DNA from: Magnetococcales bacterium
GTDB taxonomy: Bacteria > Pseudomonadota > Magnetococcia > Magnetococcales > JADFZT01
Reading direction: 5' to 3'
Assembly: GCA_015232395.1 (NCBI GenBank)
Contig: JADFZT010000016.1
Coordinates: 1,866 to 65,865, forward strand
DNA: 64,000 nt
Numbering within the stretch: position 1 is the stretch's first letter; each line of letters starts with the position of its first letter. Positions 17,915-27,532 of this stretch are shown piece by piece. The position numbers and the translations under genes are program-made. Under the pieces are notes generated by a model. The model was not told where the DNA came from and did not search any database. It was given only the letters and a program-made list of their open reading frames with translations.

Positions 17915-20494
17915 TCACCCCTCCAGTTGGGCGAGTTCTTTCATGTGGGCCTGGGCGGCTTTGTTGTGGGGATCTGCCTGGAGGATGGCTGAAAAAGTTT
18001 CCCGGGCTTGGTCCATGTGGCCCAACTCCATATGCAGCCGACCCAACTTTTGCCGGGTGACAAAATCCTCTTCGGCTATCTCTACATACCCCCTGTAAAT
18101 TTCAAGGGCCTGCTCCTTGTCACCGGTCAAGCGCAGGAGGTCTCCATAAAACGGGGTGAAGAGCTGAGACATGCGGGAGAGTTTTTCAGCCGCCTCCCGG
18201 GCGGTAACGAGATCCTTCTGCCTGAGGGAGAGGGAGAGAATGCTTCTCAGGCTATCCATCTGGATCAACTCATGATCCACCTCCTGAAAGTGACGGATGG
18301 CGTTTTTCCTCTCTCCATCCAGCTCTGCCAGATAGCCTCGGATTAACGCCAAAAACTGGTTTTTATCGTCTATTTCGCACGCCTGTACGCCCGCCAGGAA
18401 GGCGTTCAGGCGATCTCTCTCCTTGCGGCGAAAGAAGGTTTTGGCCTTGGCGGCGATGGAGCGGGGGCTGGCAATGTGGTCCCGGATATAGTCGGCATAG
18501 TTGGTGTTGGTGGCGGCCAGTTTATCCTGGAAGCGCTCTTCCAGCTGGGCCAACTTGGCAGCCAGGTGTTGTGGCTGGTCGGCGATGGTCTCTCCCCGCT
18601 GATCGAAAAAGCGCCGGAGCCGCCCTGGCTGATCATCCTTTTCCCATTGGCTTAGAAGGAGCTTCAGGTTGGGCTTGGGTTTTTCCTCCTCCATGCGGGC
18701 ACGGATGCGCTGTCGGGCGCTGTCGATGTGTTTCAACATGTCCAAGGTGCTTTTTTGATAGACCTGATAATAAAATGCTCCAGCCGCCTTGATCTCTTCG
18801 TCAGACCACTCCTTCTCCTTGTCCGGGCGGCTTAATTTTAAAAAAGCATTGAGATACCAATTTTTAACCTGGGTACTGATGGCGGCATGTTTTTGGTTCA
18901 GGGTCTCCTCGATTTTATCCATGCGCAGTTTAAACTTATAGTTGGGAGCGCGGCCCTTGGAGCCGAACATCTTGGCATTGCAGGAGAGGGCTTCATCGGT
19001 GAGCTTTTTGATGCTGGTCAGCTGTTTGCGGATATTGTTCAGCTCCTGCTCCACCGCCTGATAGTGGCCCAGGCGACTTTCAGAGCTATCCTCGGGGATG
19101 TGCTGTTGCAGGATGTGCCACACCGAGGGGGTGATCGGCTCCAGGGCGATTTCATCCAGGGGAATGTAGGCGACATGGTCCGCCTTGGCTGCGCCAGGAG
19201 CCGGGTTGATCACCTGACAGCCCACCTCCTCGCCTTTTTTGCCCAGCTTGGCCAGAGAGGGGAGGGCGTTGAGAAAGGCCGGGGTGGTCTCCGCCTTGCC
19301 GCCGTCATTGGTTTCCACCCAGATGTCGGTTTGCAGGGAGTAGGGCCCGAGGGCCATTTCGGCACTTCCCTTGGAGTGGGTAAATCCCTCCTTGCTGAAA
19401 CAGAGATCAAGACCTGCCACAATCAATTGGGAAAAGCCCATGTCCAAGGCCGTACCAATGGCTTGATGGGCCACGGTGATACCGGGAATATCCCGGTCTT
19501 CCGGGTTGAGGGGATTGGCCCAGGGAAAGATCAGACCCATAAAAAGATTGCGCCCCCGCCACTGTCCCAGCAGGGTGGGATTGAGATGATATTTATTGAC
19601 CAGCAGCGTGTGTTCATAAAAATCCAGCATCTGCTTGGATTGATGAAAAATCACATCGTGGGGATCGATGGCGAACATCATGTCCGGCACGATGCCTTTT
19701 TTCTGTAGCTGCGCCGCAATTCGGGAGACCGCCATCACTACCAGATTTTCCCGGTTGGCCAGGATCCAGGGATAAAAAAGATCCAGGGAGGGGCCTCCGG
19801 CCATGATGATGGCTGTTTTGCCTTTGAAAACATTATCCAGGCACTGCACCGAGGTGCGGTTTTCCCCCAGGTTTTCGATGGCTTTCAGCATGAAGATGCG
19901 ATTATTGGTCTCAAACCCCATGGCCATCTTCATCTGTCCCAGGAGCTGCTCAAAGCTTGCCAGGAGCGGGGCATAGCCCGGGTGGGTGCGGTCGAGAACC
20001 GCCAGGGATTTGATGGCCCGCACCCCCTCGGTATAGTAATAATCCTTGAAATTAAATTTTTGCGCCCTTTCCAGCCAACTGGTGGATGTCTCCAGGGCGA
20101 CGTTGTCCGGCAGGGGATCGGGCAGGAGGCGATCTTTTTTCAGGCGCTCAATGATCTCCGGCAGTTCGATAAATATATATTTGGAGCTTTCTGCCGTGCC
20201 TTTTTTCAGCAACCAGTGGATCAAAAGTCCTCCGTCGGTGCCCGGCACCAGATAGAGGCGGCTTTTTTCCTGCATCCGCTCCCCCATGTGGCGCTGATAA
20301 AAGCTGTCGGTTCCGGCCAGGGAAAAAATTTCACCGTTTACCCCGGGCAGATATCGCTCACCAAAGCGATTGGTCAGGGTGGGGCCGATATCAAACGCTT
20401 CCCCATTCCTGTTTTGCAGGCCCGCCTGATTGAGATGCTGTTGCTGATTGAGCTCTTGATAATAGTCGGCTTCTTCTGTGTTTGCTTGGATCAT
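17915..20494 (-). CDS. maf: Motility-associated factor (Maf/DUF115) flagellin glycosyltransferase with C-terminal TPR repeats
   Basis: KGKTAIIMAGGPSLD, PDMMFAIDPH, TVAHQAIGTA..GFSQLIVAGLDLCF...HSKG; TPR-like C-terminus. Confidence 0.8.
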   Translation of the reverse strand: MIQANTEEADYYQELNQQQHLNQAGLQNRNGEAFDIGPTLTNRFGERYLPGVNGEIFSLAGTDSFYQRHMGERMQEKSRLYLVPGTDGGLLIHWLLKKGTAESSKYIFIELPEIIERLKKDRLLPDPLPDNVALETSTSWLERAQKFNFKDYYYTEGVRAIKSLAVLDRTHPGYAPLLASFEQLLGQMKMAMGFETNNRIFMLKAIENLGENRTSVQCLDNVFKGKTAIIMAGGPSLDLFYPWILANRENLVVMAVSRIAAQLQKKGIVPDMMFAIDPHDVIFHQSKQMLDFYEHTLLVNKYHLNPTLLGQWRGRNLFMGLIFPWANPLNPEDRDIPGITVAHQAIGTALDMGFSQLIVAGLDLCFSKEGFTHSKGSAEMALGPYSLQTDIWVETNDGGKAETTPAFLNALPSLAKLGKKGEEVGCQVINPAPGAAKADHVAYIPLDEIALEPITPSVWHILQQHIPEDSSESRLGHYQAVEQELNNIRKQLTSIKKLTDEALSCNAKMFGSKGRAPNYKFKLRMDKIEETLNQKHAAISTQVKNWYLNAFLKLSRPDKEKEWSDEEIKAAGAFYYQVYQKSTLDMLKHIDSARQRIRARMEEEKPKPNLKLLLSQWEKDDQPGRLRRFFDQRGETIADQPQHLAAKLAQLEERFQDKLAATNTNYADYIRDHIASPRSIAAKAKTFFRRKERDRLNAFLAGVQACEIDDKNQFLALIRGYLAELDGERKNAIRHFQEVDHELIQMDSLRSILSLSLRQKDLVTAREAAEKLSRMSQLFTPFYGDLLRLTGDKEQALEIYRGYVEIAEEDFVTRQKLGRLHMELGHMDQARETFSAILQADPHNKAAQAHMKELAQLEG

Positions 20495-20793
20495 GGGGCG
20501 TGTTCCCGTTTGGCCCGGTCAGGCGTGCTCTTTGGGCGAAAATGGTGGATGAATCGATGGCAGGGGCGTGATCCTGAAAGTGGCCTCTCAAGCTTTCAGG
20601 GCCAGGGTGATGGAGCCTCCCCTTCTTGCAGGATCTACGCGTTAAGGGTATCAGCCATTTTTTTGCAATATTCTTTAGCATTTTTTTAGCAATTTTTGGG
20701 CCGTGCGTGGCAGCCAAGAGGGGGCGTTGGCTCCGGGTGTGCGACCCCGCTACAATACCCCCCATTTCAAGCTACCTGAAAAAGGAGTCATCC

Positions 20794-22209
20794 TTGGCCG
20801 TGTCAGGAAAAGGGACCATCCTCATTTTTTCTGCCAACCATGAGGAAAACCAGCAGACCGATTGGATCCTCTACGGGCCGCTGATCGTCTATACCCTGCT
20901 CAAGGAGGCGGGGTTCAAGGTGATCTATATTCAGGAGTTCATGACCCCCGACTATGAACCGATCATTCGGGAGCATGCCCGGGATCTGCTCTTTTTCGGG
21001 GTTTCCGCCACCACCGACCAGATTCCCCTGTCGCTCAAGGGCATCCAGGTGCTGAAAAAAATCGCCCCGGATGTGCCGGTGGTGTGGGGGGGGTGTCACG
21101 CGACCCTGCTGCCCCAAGAGACCCTCCAAAGCCCTTATGCCGACTATGTGATTCCCGGCAAGGTGAAAGACAATCTGGTCCGCTTTGCCAAAGCCCTGCA
21201 AGCCGGGGATAGGGCTGAAATCAATACCATTCCCAATGTGCTCACCTCATCCAGCCCGGCTGCCAATGATCCCGGGGCGGGGATCGTCGATTATCGCAGT
21301 GACGAGTTGGTCTATCCCCGGATTCCCTTTGAGGATTTCGATTTTTCAAGCCTGCTCACCCAAAACCGGGTGCTCAACTATATGCCTTCCCTGGGATGTC
21401 CCGGCTCCTGTGGATTTTGCCCCTGGGGAGAAAAACACGCCTGGAACCGGGTTTCTCTGGAACGCACCCTGGCGGATATCGACTATCTGATCCGCACCTA
21501 TGACCTCTCCCAGCTCTGGTTCAGCGATGCCACCCTGGCGCCGGAAAAAGAGTTTTTACTGGGGATTGCCGAGGGGATTTTGGCCCGCAAGCTCAATGTC
21601 ACCTGGCGCTGCTTTGCCCGCATTCCGGAGTTCGACAAGCTCACCGCCCAAGAGTATGCCGATCTGGATCGCTCCGGGCTCGATGCGGTCTTTTTCGGGG
21701 TGGAGTCCATGAACCGGACCTGCCAAAAAATTCTCCGGAAAAAAAACAGCCCCAAACGCATGGAAAAGGTGATTTCCATGATGGGGGCAACCCGGATCAA
21801 GCCCTATGTGAGCTTTCTTTTTGCCATTCCCGACGCCCCTTTGGCACATCTGGAAGAGGATCGACAACATCTCGACCTCTGGCAATCCTTAAATCCAGGC
21901 GTGATCTATCAGGTGGGGTTTTATGTCTACTATCCCGGCTCCCATCTGGCGGAGCTGGTGGCGGCCCGGGGATTTGATGTGCCCCGAAGCCTGGAGGCGT
22001 GGGGGGCACGCTACGGCAAAAACCGCTTCAAGCCCACCCGGGATCACCACATTCCCTGGTTTGAGGCAGATTACAATCGGGCCTATGTGGAGCGATTTTT
22101 CGAGATTTTTCCGGATGTCCACGAAGATCGCAAGGAGACCTCCTGGAACAAGAGCCTGAAGCGGTATGAGCAGAATCCCCCCCTGCCAGCAGGCGCGGAG
22201 GGGCTTTAG
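20794..22209 (+). CDS. B12-binding domain radical SAM enzyme
   Basis: VPVVWGGCHATL B12-binding domain, SLGCPGSCGFC, GVES; AAGGAG SD. Confidence 0.88.
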   Translation: MAVSGKGTILIFSANHEENQQTDWILYGPLIVYTLLKEAGFKVIYIQEFMTPDYEPIIREHARDLLFFGVSATTDQIPLSLKGIQVLKKIAPDVPVVWGGCHATLLPQETLQSPYADYVIPGKVKDNLVRFAKALQAGDRAEINTIPNVLTSSSPAANDPGAGIVDYRSDELVYPRIPFEDFDFSSLLTQNRVLNYMPSLGCPGSCGFCPWGEKHAWNRVSLERTLADIDYLIRTYDLSQLWFSDATLAPEKEFLLGIAEGILARKLNVTWRCFARIPEFDKLTAQEYADLDRSGLDAVFFGVESMNRTCQKILRKKNSPKRMEKVISMMGATRIKPYVSFLFAIPDAPLAHLEEDRQHLDLWQSLNPGVIYQVGFYVYYPGSHLAELVAARGFDVPRSLEAWGARYGKNRFKPTRDHHIPWFEADYNRAYVERFFEIFPDVHEDRKETSWNKSLKRYEQNPPLPAGAEGL

Positions 22210-22348
22210 TGGGTGGGGAGGGGTTTTGGTAGGAACGGGGGGACGATTTGGCGGTGGGGCTGTCTCTTGTGGGTCTCTTTGGCGATACCACGCTTAACAA
22301 CCCCACCGCTGCAAATCAGGATGCCAGGAAGGAGGGGAATGGCTTGGA

Positions 22349-22876
22349 TCAATGGCTGGCAAAGAGGCTCATCTGGCCATCTTCGGTAAAGGTGACCACA
22401 TCATACTTGTCCGGCTCTTCACCAGGAACCTCCATGCCGGGTGAGCCGATGGGCATGCCCGGGGCGGCGATGCCGGTGACCGGGGGCTTTTGGGCCAGCA
22501 GCTTGCGGATATCCTCAATGGGAACGTGTCCTTCGATCACATAGCCACCGATCTTGGCGGTGTGGCAGGAGGCGGCCTGGAAGGGAACCCCCAGGCGGCG
22601 CTTGACCGAATCCATCTCATCGACATCTTGTACCGAGACCGTCATGCCGTTGGCCTTCAGATACTCCACCCAACCGCCACAGCAGCCGCAAGAGGGGGAT
22701 TTAAAGACGATCATCTCAGCCGCTTCGGGTTGTTTGGTGGAAAAGAGCCAGCCACCGACGATGAGCGCCGCGAGCCCCGCCATACCGGCGATGAGGAGAC
22801 CGGATTTTTTCTTGGCGGCTGGGGGTGTTGCCTGATTGGTTTTTTGGGGTGATTTTGCTGATTTTTTCTGGCCCAT
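22349..22876 (-). CDS. DUF411/CopG-like metal-binding periplasmic protein
   Basis: KSPSCGCCGGW, SCHTA, GYVIEGHVP, GIAAPGMPIGSPGME. Confidence 0.9.
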   Translation of the reverse strand: MGQKKSAKSPQKTNQATPPAAKKKSGLLIAGMAGLAALIVGGWLFSTKQPEAAEMIVFKSPSCGCCGGWVEYLKANGMTVSVQDVDEMDSVKRRLGVPFQAASCHTAKIGGYVIEGHVPIEDIRKLLAQKPPVTGIAAPGMPIGSPGMEVPGEEPDKYDVVTFTEDGQMSLFASH

Positions 22877-22994
22877 CTCTTTATCTCCTGACGTAGAGGC
22901 GGATCCCTTCCGGGAGATCCGGCTTGTTATCCTGTAAAATTTATCCTGTAAAATCCGGCTTCCCCATCTAGGTTTCATGGGGGAAGGGGATTGA

Positions 22995-23459
22995 TCAGTG
23001 TTTTATCTCTGCCGGTTCCAGCTGACCCAGTGCCTGCTGCCATTCAAACTGTTCGGGCTTCCAGAGGGTGTGTAGGTAGCGGATGATGGCCTGAATTTCC
23101 CGACCGCTCAAGCGCTCCTTGAATGACGGCATCCGGCCATCCTCTCCCCCCTGGGCGATGATTTCAGCCAGCTGGCTGTCAGGGTGGTGCCAGGCGTGGG
23201 CGGAGTGGTCCAGGGGTGGGGGGGGATATTTCAAGTCCGGACCCGGCAGAGGCTCCTGCCAATCCCCTTCCAACCCTTCCCCATCCAGTCCGTGGCACTC
23301 CTGACACTGTTCCACATAAAGGCTCTTGCCATCCGCCAGATCGAGTCCGTTGGCCCATGCTTGTGGCCACGCTAGCAAAAGCACGCCCACCATCAGGCCC
23401 ATGATGCCTGTCACGATCCGGGTGACGGTTCCCCTCCGGGATTTCTGACGATCAGACAT
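22995..23459 (-). CDS. Monoheme cytochrome c
   Basis: Signal peptide, CQECHG, PPPLDHSAHAWHHPD, MPSF; a type often found in copper-resistance loci. Confidence 0.88.
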   Translation of the reverse strand: MSDRQKSRRGTVTRIVTGIMGLMVGVLLLAWPQAWANGLDLADGKSLYVEQCQECHGLDGEGLEGDWQEPLPGPDLKYPPPPLDHSAHAWHHPDSQLAEIIAQGGEDGRMPSFKERLSGREIQAIIRYLHTLWKPEQFEWQQALGQLEPAEIKH

Positions 23460-23926
23460 CAGGAGATCCCGTTTTGTTGTTGCCACCAGCGGAGAAAGGG
23501 GACCACCTGTTCCATCATCTCCCGGGTGACATCCGGGACCGGGGGCATATCCCCAAAGGACCAATGGTGCGCCCGAACCCCGGACTCTACCGCCCGATAA
23601 AAGCTGAAATCGGCATGGTGGGTGGGTTTATAGTAGGCGTGGATCAGCGGTGGACCCTGATCTGTTCCTTCTGCCCACAGGCCATGGCACTGGAGGCAGT
23701 TTTTCTGAAAAATCCCTGCGCCCGCTTCATGTTCTGCCGGGAGCTGGGCCGGGGGTGTCACCACCACGGGGCTTTGATTGGATGGGGGCTGGTTTTTTCC
23801 CTGATGTGACCTCATGGCCAAATAGCCTCCCACCAACACGACAGCCACGATTCCCAGAAGGAGCGCCTTGGGGCTGGACCGTTGTTCTGTTGGGTCGGGT
23901 TGATTTTGTCTGTTTTTATTCTCCAT
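23459..23926 (-). CDS. Membrane-anchored monoheme cytochrome c
   Basis: TM segment, CLQCHG, GPPLIH..Y.PTHHAD, HHWSFGDMPP. Confidence 0.88.
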   Translation of the reverse strand: MENKNRQNQPDPTEQRSSPKALLLGIVAVVLVGGYLAMRSHQGKNQPPSNQSPVVVTPPAQLPAEHEAGAGIFQKNCLQCHGLWAEGTDQGPPLIHAYYKPTHHADFSFYRAVESGVRAHHWSFGDMPPVPDVTREMMEQVVPFLRWWQQQNGIS

Positions 23927-24142
23927 ATGTTTTTTATGCTGAGTTTGTCCTTTGGCACTGGTTTGTCCGATGGTTATCCATGATCCAATCTTGGGTTGGA
24001 TCATGGGCATCATACACCATTAGTGCCCTCTTTGTTGAATTCGTTCTCAAAAAAGTATGTTTCTACACGTTTTTCGTGATGGTCTCCTTGCCAGAGAAGC
24101 CTTTCTGAAGCACCTGTTGGCTACGTTCTCCAACTGGATCGA

Positions 24143-25354
24143 TCAGGGGAGTTGCATCCGTCCCGTACGCAGTTTCCAGATCAGATATTTTTCCAAAACT
24201 ATTTTGAGCCAATGGGACCAGGGGCCGGGGATGAGCAGCTGGATTTTTCGCGGTGCGAAAATCCGGTCGGTCACCATGAGCACGCCCTGATTACCGGCAT
24301 CCATCACGCAGACTGCAGCGGTCTTGGGAAAGGGGACCTCTTTTGGGGGGCCACCGAGAATGTCGGCTGCGATATTGTGGGCAGCCACCGCCGCCATCTG
24401 TTCGGACATGTGGGCGGTTTTCGGCACTCCACAGGGCACCGGGGTGGGGGCGGGGGGGGAGACCGCCACCGAGATGCCAGCGGCATAGATGTTGGGGACT
24501 TCCAGATGCTGGTAGCGGTCATTGACCGGGACAAAGCCCATGGCGTTACCGATCCCCAGGGACTCTTTTACCGCCCCGACCCCTTGGAAAGGGGGAATCA
24601 GAATCGAATAGTTGAAGGGCAGCACGCCGTTATCCCGGGTGTGGATTTCACCGGGGGTAACCTTTTCCACCACGTTGCTGGTGAGCCAGTTGATGCCCGC
24701 CCGTTGGAAAAATTTTTCGATTATGGGTTGGGCCGAGCCAAAGCCGTTGATGCCGAAGTGGGTCAAAAAAGGCTCAGCGGTGATGAAGGTGAGGGGGGAA
24801 CGATTCCGAACACCGGCGACTTTCAAGGCCCGATTGAGGTTGAGGAGAATTTCGTAGGAGGCCCCAAAGCAGCTCGCTCCCTGGACCGCCCCCACCACCA
24901 CCGGGCCGGGATTTTTAAGAAAATCCTGCCACGCTTTGGCCGCTTCGATGGCGTGGGGCAGGGTGCAGGCAGAGAGGGTATGCCCCCCATGGGGTCCCAA
25001 ACCGGGTACGGCTTCCCACGCCATGCGGGGGCCGGTGGCGACCACCAGATAGTCATAGGCCATCTCACCGTTATGGGTGAGCACCCGGTTTTTTTCAGCG
25101 TCGATTTTTTTGGCTATACCTTGAACGAAGCGAATATCGTGGCGGGTCAAGGCAGGCTCCAGGTCGAATACAATTTCCTCGGGCTGTCGCCATCCCGGGA
25201 CCAACCAGATCAGGGAGGGGATGAAGACGAACTGGGGATCTTTGGAAAGGACGGTGATTTCGGCGCGATCCTTTAGCTTGTGTTTCAGCTCAAAGGCTGC
25301 GGCGAGTCCGGCAAAACTGCCACCCAGAACGAGGATTTTTGGTTTGGTGTTCAT
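24143..25354 (-). CDS. sqr: Sulfide:quinone oxidoreductase (three-Cys, SqrA/SqrD-like)
   Basis: GGSFAG FAD motif, FVFIPSLIW, SACT, SCFGASYE, PKTAHMSEQM, AVCVMDAG. Confidence 0.85.
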   Translation of the reverse strand: MNTKPKILVLGGSFAGLAAAFELKHKLKDRAEITVLSKDPQFVFIPSLIWLVPGWRQPEEIVFDLEPALTRHDIRFVQGIAKKIDAEKNRVLTHNGEMAYDYLVVATGPRMAWEAVPGLGPHGGHTLSACTLPHAIEAAKAWQDFLKNPGPVVVGAVQGASCFGASYEILLNLNRALKVAGVRNRSPLTFITAEPFLTHFGINGFGSAQPIIEKFFQRAGINWLTSNVVEKVTPGEIHTRDNGVLPFNYSILIPPFQGVGAVKESLGIGNAMGFVPVNDRYQHLEVPNIYAAGISVAVSPPAPTPVPCGVPKTAHMSEQMAAVAAHNIAADILGGPPKEVPFPKTAAVCVMDAGNQGVLMVTDRIFAPRKIQLLIPGPWSHWLKIVLEKYLIWKLRTGRMQLP

Positions 25355-25455
25355 TGTTTTCTCCGACCTGCCTGTCCACTGATATAACGGAAAATCGACT
25401 GCATCTCTTGGTTGAAAAAGCCCTGGCATCCGAGCCTGGCGGGTGTTGCAAATCC

Positions 25456-25608
25456 TTATTTACCCTTGTCGAACAGAACCTCCAGAGCCCAGAGAATCAG
25501 TACAATGGGCAGTAGCCAGATGAATACCATCCACACCCCGCCAAAGAGGCCGTGCCCAAACCCGAACCCCATGCCAAAGCCTGTTGCAGCGCCACCCATC
25601 ATGACCAT
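25456..25608 (-). CDS. Small Met/Gly-rich membrane protein (50 aa), absent from the ORF track
   Basis: GAGGAG SD; MVMMGGAATGFGMGFGFGHGLFGGVWMVFIWLLPIVLILWALEVLFDKGK. Confidence 0.75.
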   Translation of the reverse strand: MVMMGGAATGFGMGFGFGHGLFGGVWMVFIWLLPIVLILWALEVLFDKGK

Positions 25609-25674
25609 TCTCCTCAAATAAGGGTTTGCCGGTTAACGAACAGATCCAGATTTTCCACATCCCACTGCCGACCA

Positions 25675-26016
25675 TCAGGCCCCAGTCGGCGGTTTGCTAC
25701 AGCAGGGGGCCTTGTGGTTCAGATTATCCAACTCGTTTTTTTCGGTATAGCGGATCCAGTCCCGTTTTTTGCGCTGTATGAATCCATCTGCCGGGGGATA
25801 GCTGATTTCAGTCAAAAAGTGCTCTACTTCCCCAAAGTGGGTTTCAAACAGATCGTAGGTGACCGTTACCTGGTTATCACCAAAGCAGGCTTTAACCTCC
25901 TGGACTCCGGATAAGGCTCCGAGACCTTCAGTGATGATCTCTTCACACTCGGGGCAGACCATTTCGGTGACCGTCAAGCTCCGGGTGACCAGATGTCTCT
26001 TTGTGGAGGGTGTCAT
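25675..26016 (-). CDS. Heavy-metal-associated (HMA, CopZ-like) protein with C-terminal CC extension
   Basis: EMVCPECEE metal motif, ferredoxin-like pattern, C-terminal APCCSKPP. Confidence 0.85.
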   Translation of the reverse strand: MTPSTKRHLVTRSLTVTEMVCPECEEIITEGLGALSGVQEVKACFGDNQVTVTYDLFETHFGEVEHFLTEISYPPADGFIQRKKRDWIRYTEKNELDNLNHKAPCCSKPPTGA

Positions 26017-26369
26017 CTTTTATCTCCCGTTGAACGCGATAGCCCGCATCAGAGCGGTTTTCTTTATTTGATTCGATTCCATTTTTTCAGAAAATTCGGG
26101 TCATTTGAATTAATATATTGTAATAGTTTTCCCCAAAACTCTTGCCGCCAGTCACATTTCATTCGCAATTGGTCATATTGGGTGGGAGGGAGTCAAAAAT
26201 GGGTCGCAGGGGTGGGAATCGGGTCATTTTTTGAGTGATTGGCTGACAATCTATCCCGTGGCCGTTTGGTATTGATCCCTGACCTGGTGAGTCCGGTCCC
26301 TTTTTTTTACGTTAATGAGAGCCACATTCGTTCCCCTCGGGGAGAGGATGGGTTGAACGGAAGGTTGAT

Positions 26370-27122
26370 ATGACCCTCAGTGTCACCGATCAGGAGCAGA
26401 TGGCGGCCCACATCCGGGCTTGTGGGGTAGAGGTGGGGGCAGACATCATCGTCCACTCCACCCTGCTGGGGTTTGGGGTGCTCCAGGGGGGGGTGGAGAT
26501 GGTCTACCGGGCGCTGCGTAGCGTCGTGGGGGAGGGGGGCACCATCGCCGTGCCGACCTATCTTTTGGGGGCCGACCCCAACCTGATCTACGATGCGGCG
26601 ACCACCCCTTCCCTGGCGGTGGGCAGCTTTTCGGAATATCTCCGGCAGCTGGATGGTGCGGTCCGCAGTCCATGTCCTCTCCACTCCCATGCGGCTGTTG
26701 GACCTAAAGCGGCACTTCTCAACGAGGTGGATGGGGGGATTTCCCTGGGGCGGGGGTCCGATTTTGACATTCTCCACGATGCCGGATTTGCCACCCTGAT
26801 GCTGGGATGTCCCTTCAAGGATGGGGCCACCTTCGTGATGCATCTGGAAGCGGTGGCTGGGGTTCATTTTCGGGAGTGGCTTGATTTGAGGCGGAAAATA
26901 CGGGATCCAGACGGCTCGGTGAGATCCATTCGCTGTCGCTATTATGCCCGCAAGCGGGGCTTTGATGAGGATTTGCAGCCCATATTGGATCTATTGCAGG
27001 CCAGCGGGACGATTCGAACGGTCCCTTTTCGTCGAACGACAAGTCTATATATCCCGGTTGTGGGCTATGGGGTGGCGCTGGAGGGGCTTTTGAAAAATCC
27101 GGAGATGACGTTGATTAAATAA
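26370..27122 (+). CDS. AAC(3)/YokD family acyltransferase
   Basis: IIVHSTL, GTIAVPTY, GSFSEYLR, RSPCPLHSHAAVG, TFVMHLEA. Confidence 0.85.
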   Translation: MTLSVTDQEQMAAHIRACGVEVGADIIVHSTLLGFGVLQGGVEMVYRALRSVVGEGGTIAVPTYLLGADPNLIYDAATTPSLAVGSFSEYLRQLDGAVRSPCPLHSHAAVGPKAALLNEVDGGISLGRGSDFDILHDAGFATLMLGCPFKDGATFVMHLEAVAGVHFREWLDLRRKIRDPDGSVRSIRCRYYARKRGFDEDLQPILDLLQASGTIRTVPFRRTTSLYIPVVGYGVALEGLLKNPEMTLIK

Positions 27123-27169
27123 AATAAAGAGGAGGATGCTTGGGAGAGAGAGAATCCAGCAGCTGACCG

Positions 27170-27432
27170 CTATGCATCCTGGGAAAGAGTGCCCTGGAGG
27201 AACTTCATGGAGGCCTCTGTACCCAGATAGCCTTGCTTTTCCGCTGCCAGAGCACCTTCTGCCCACAGTCGATCTTCCAGGCCAGGGCTTGCAGCTCCTG
27301 ATATCTTTCATGGGAGAGGAGCACGGCCGATTCCTGCCCACCTTGGGTGATGATAACCGGCGTGCGTGTGGCTTTGTTGAGGTAGAGGGCCAATCGCTGC
27401 TTCAGTTCAGTGGCCGTCACATGGCTGGTCAT
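27170..27432 (-). pseudogene. Frameshifted Phd/YefM antitoxin (orphan)
   Basis: VTATELKQRL...PVIITQGGQESAVLLSHERYQEL; removing a duplicated CCTGG (~27276-27286) restores LEDRLWAEGALAAEKQGYLGTEASMKFL. Confidence 0.75.
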
Positions 27433-27532
27433 GGCGTCGATTCCCTTTCTGAATGTTTCATCCTGAGCATCTGATTTGCCTGATTTGTTTCCTCCCCTTC
27501 TCTGCTGAAGGAGGGGAGGGAGCAGGAGGGTC

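Noticed and set aside
20648-20680. Sigma28 promoter for maf (TAAA...GCTGATAC on the minus strand)
   Set aside because: Spacer about 3 nt too long and a mismatched -10 box
20495-20793. Cobalamin riboswitch near the B12-rSAM
   Set aside because: Only a simple hairpin (CCTGAAAG..CTTTCAGG); no B12-box motifs recognised
22927-22954. 14-bp tandem duplication TTATCCTGTAAAAT upstream of DUF411
   Set aside because: Real but a single short duplication; an operator cannot be distinguished from slippage
26370-27122. Aminoglycoside resistance gene
   Set aside because: Family-level similarity only; biosynthetic context and no resistance-cassette features
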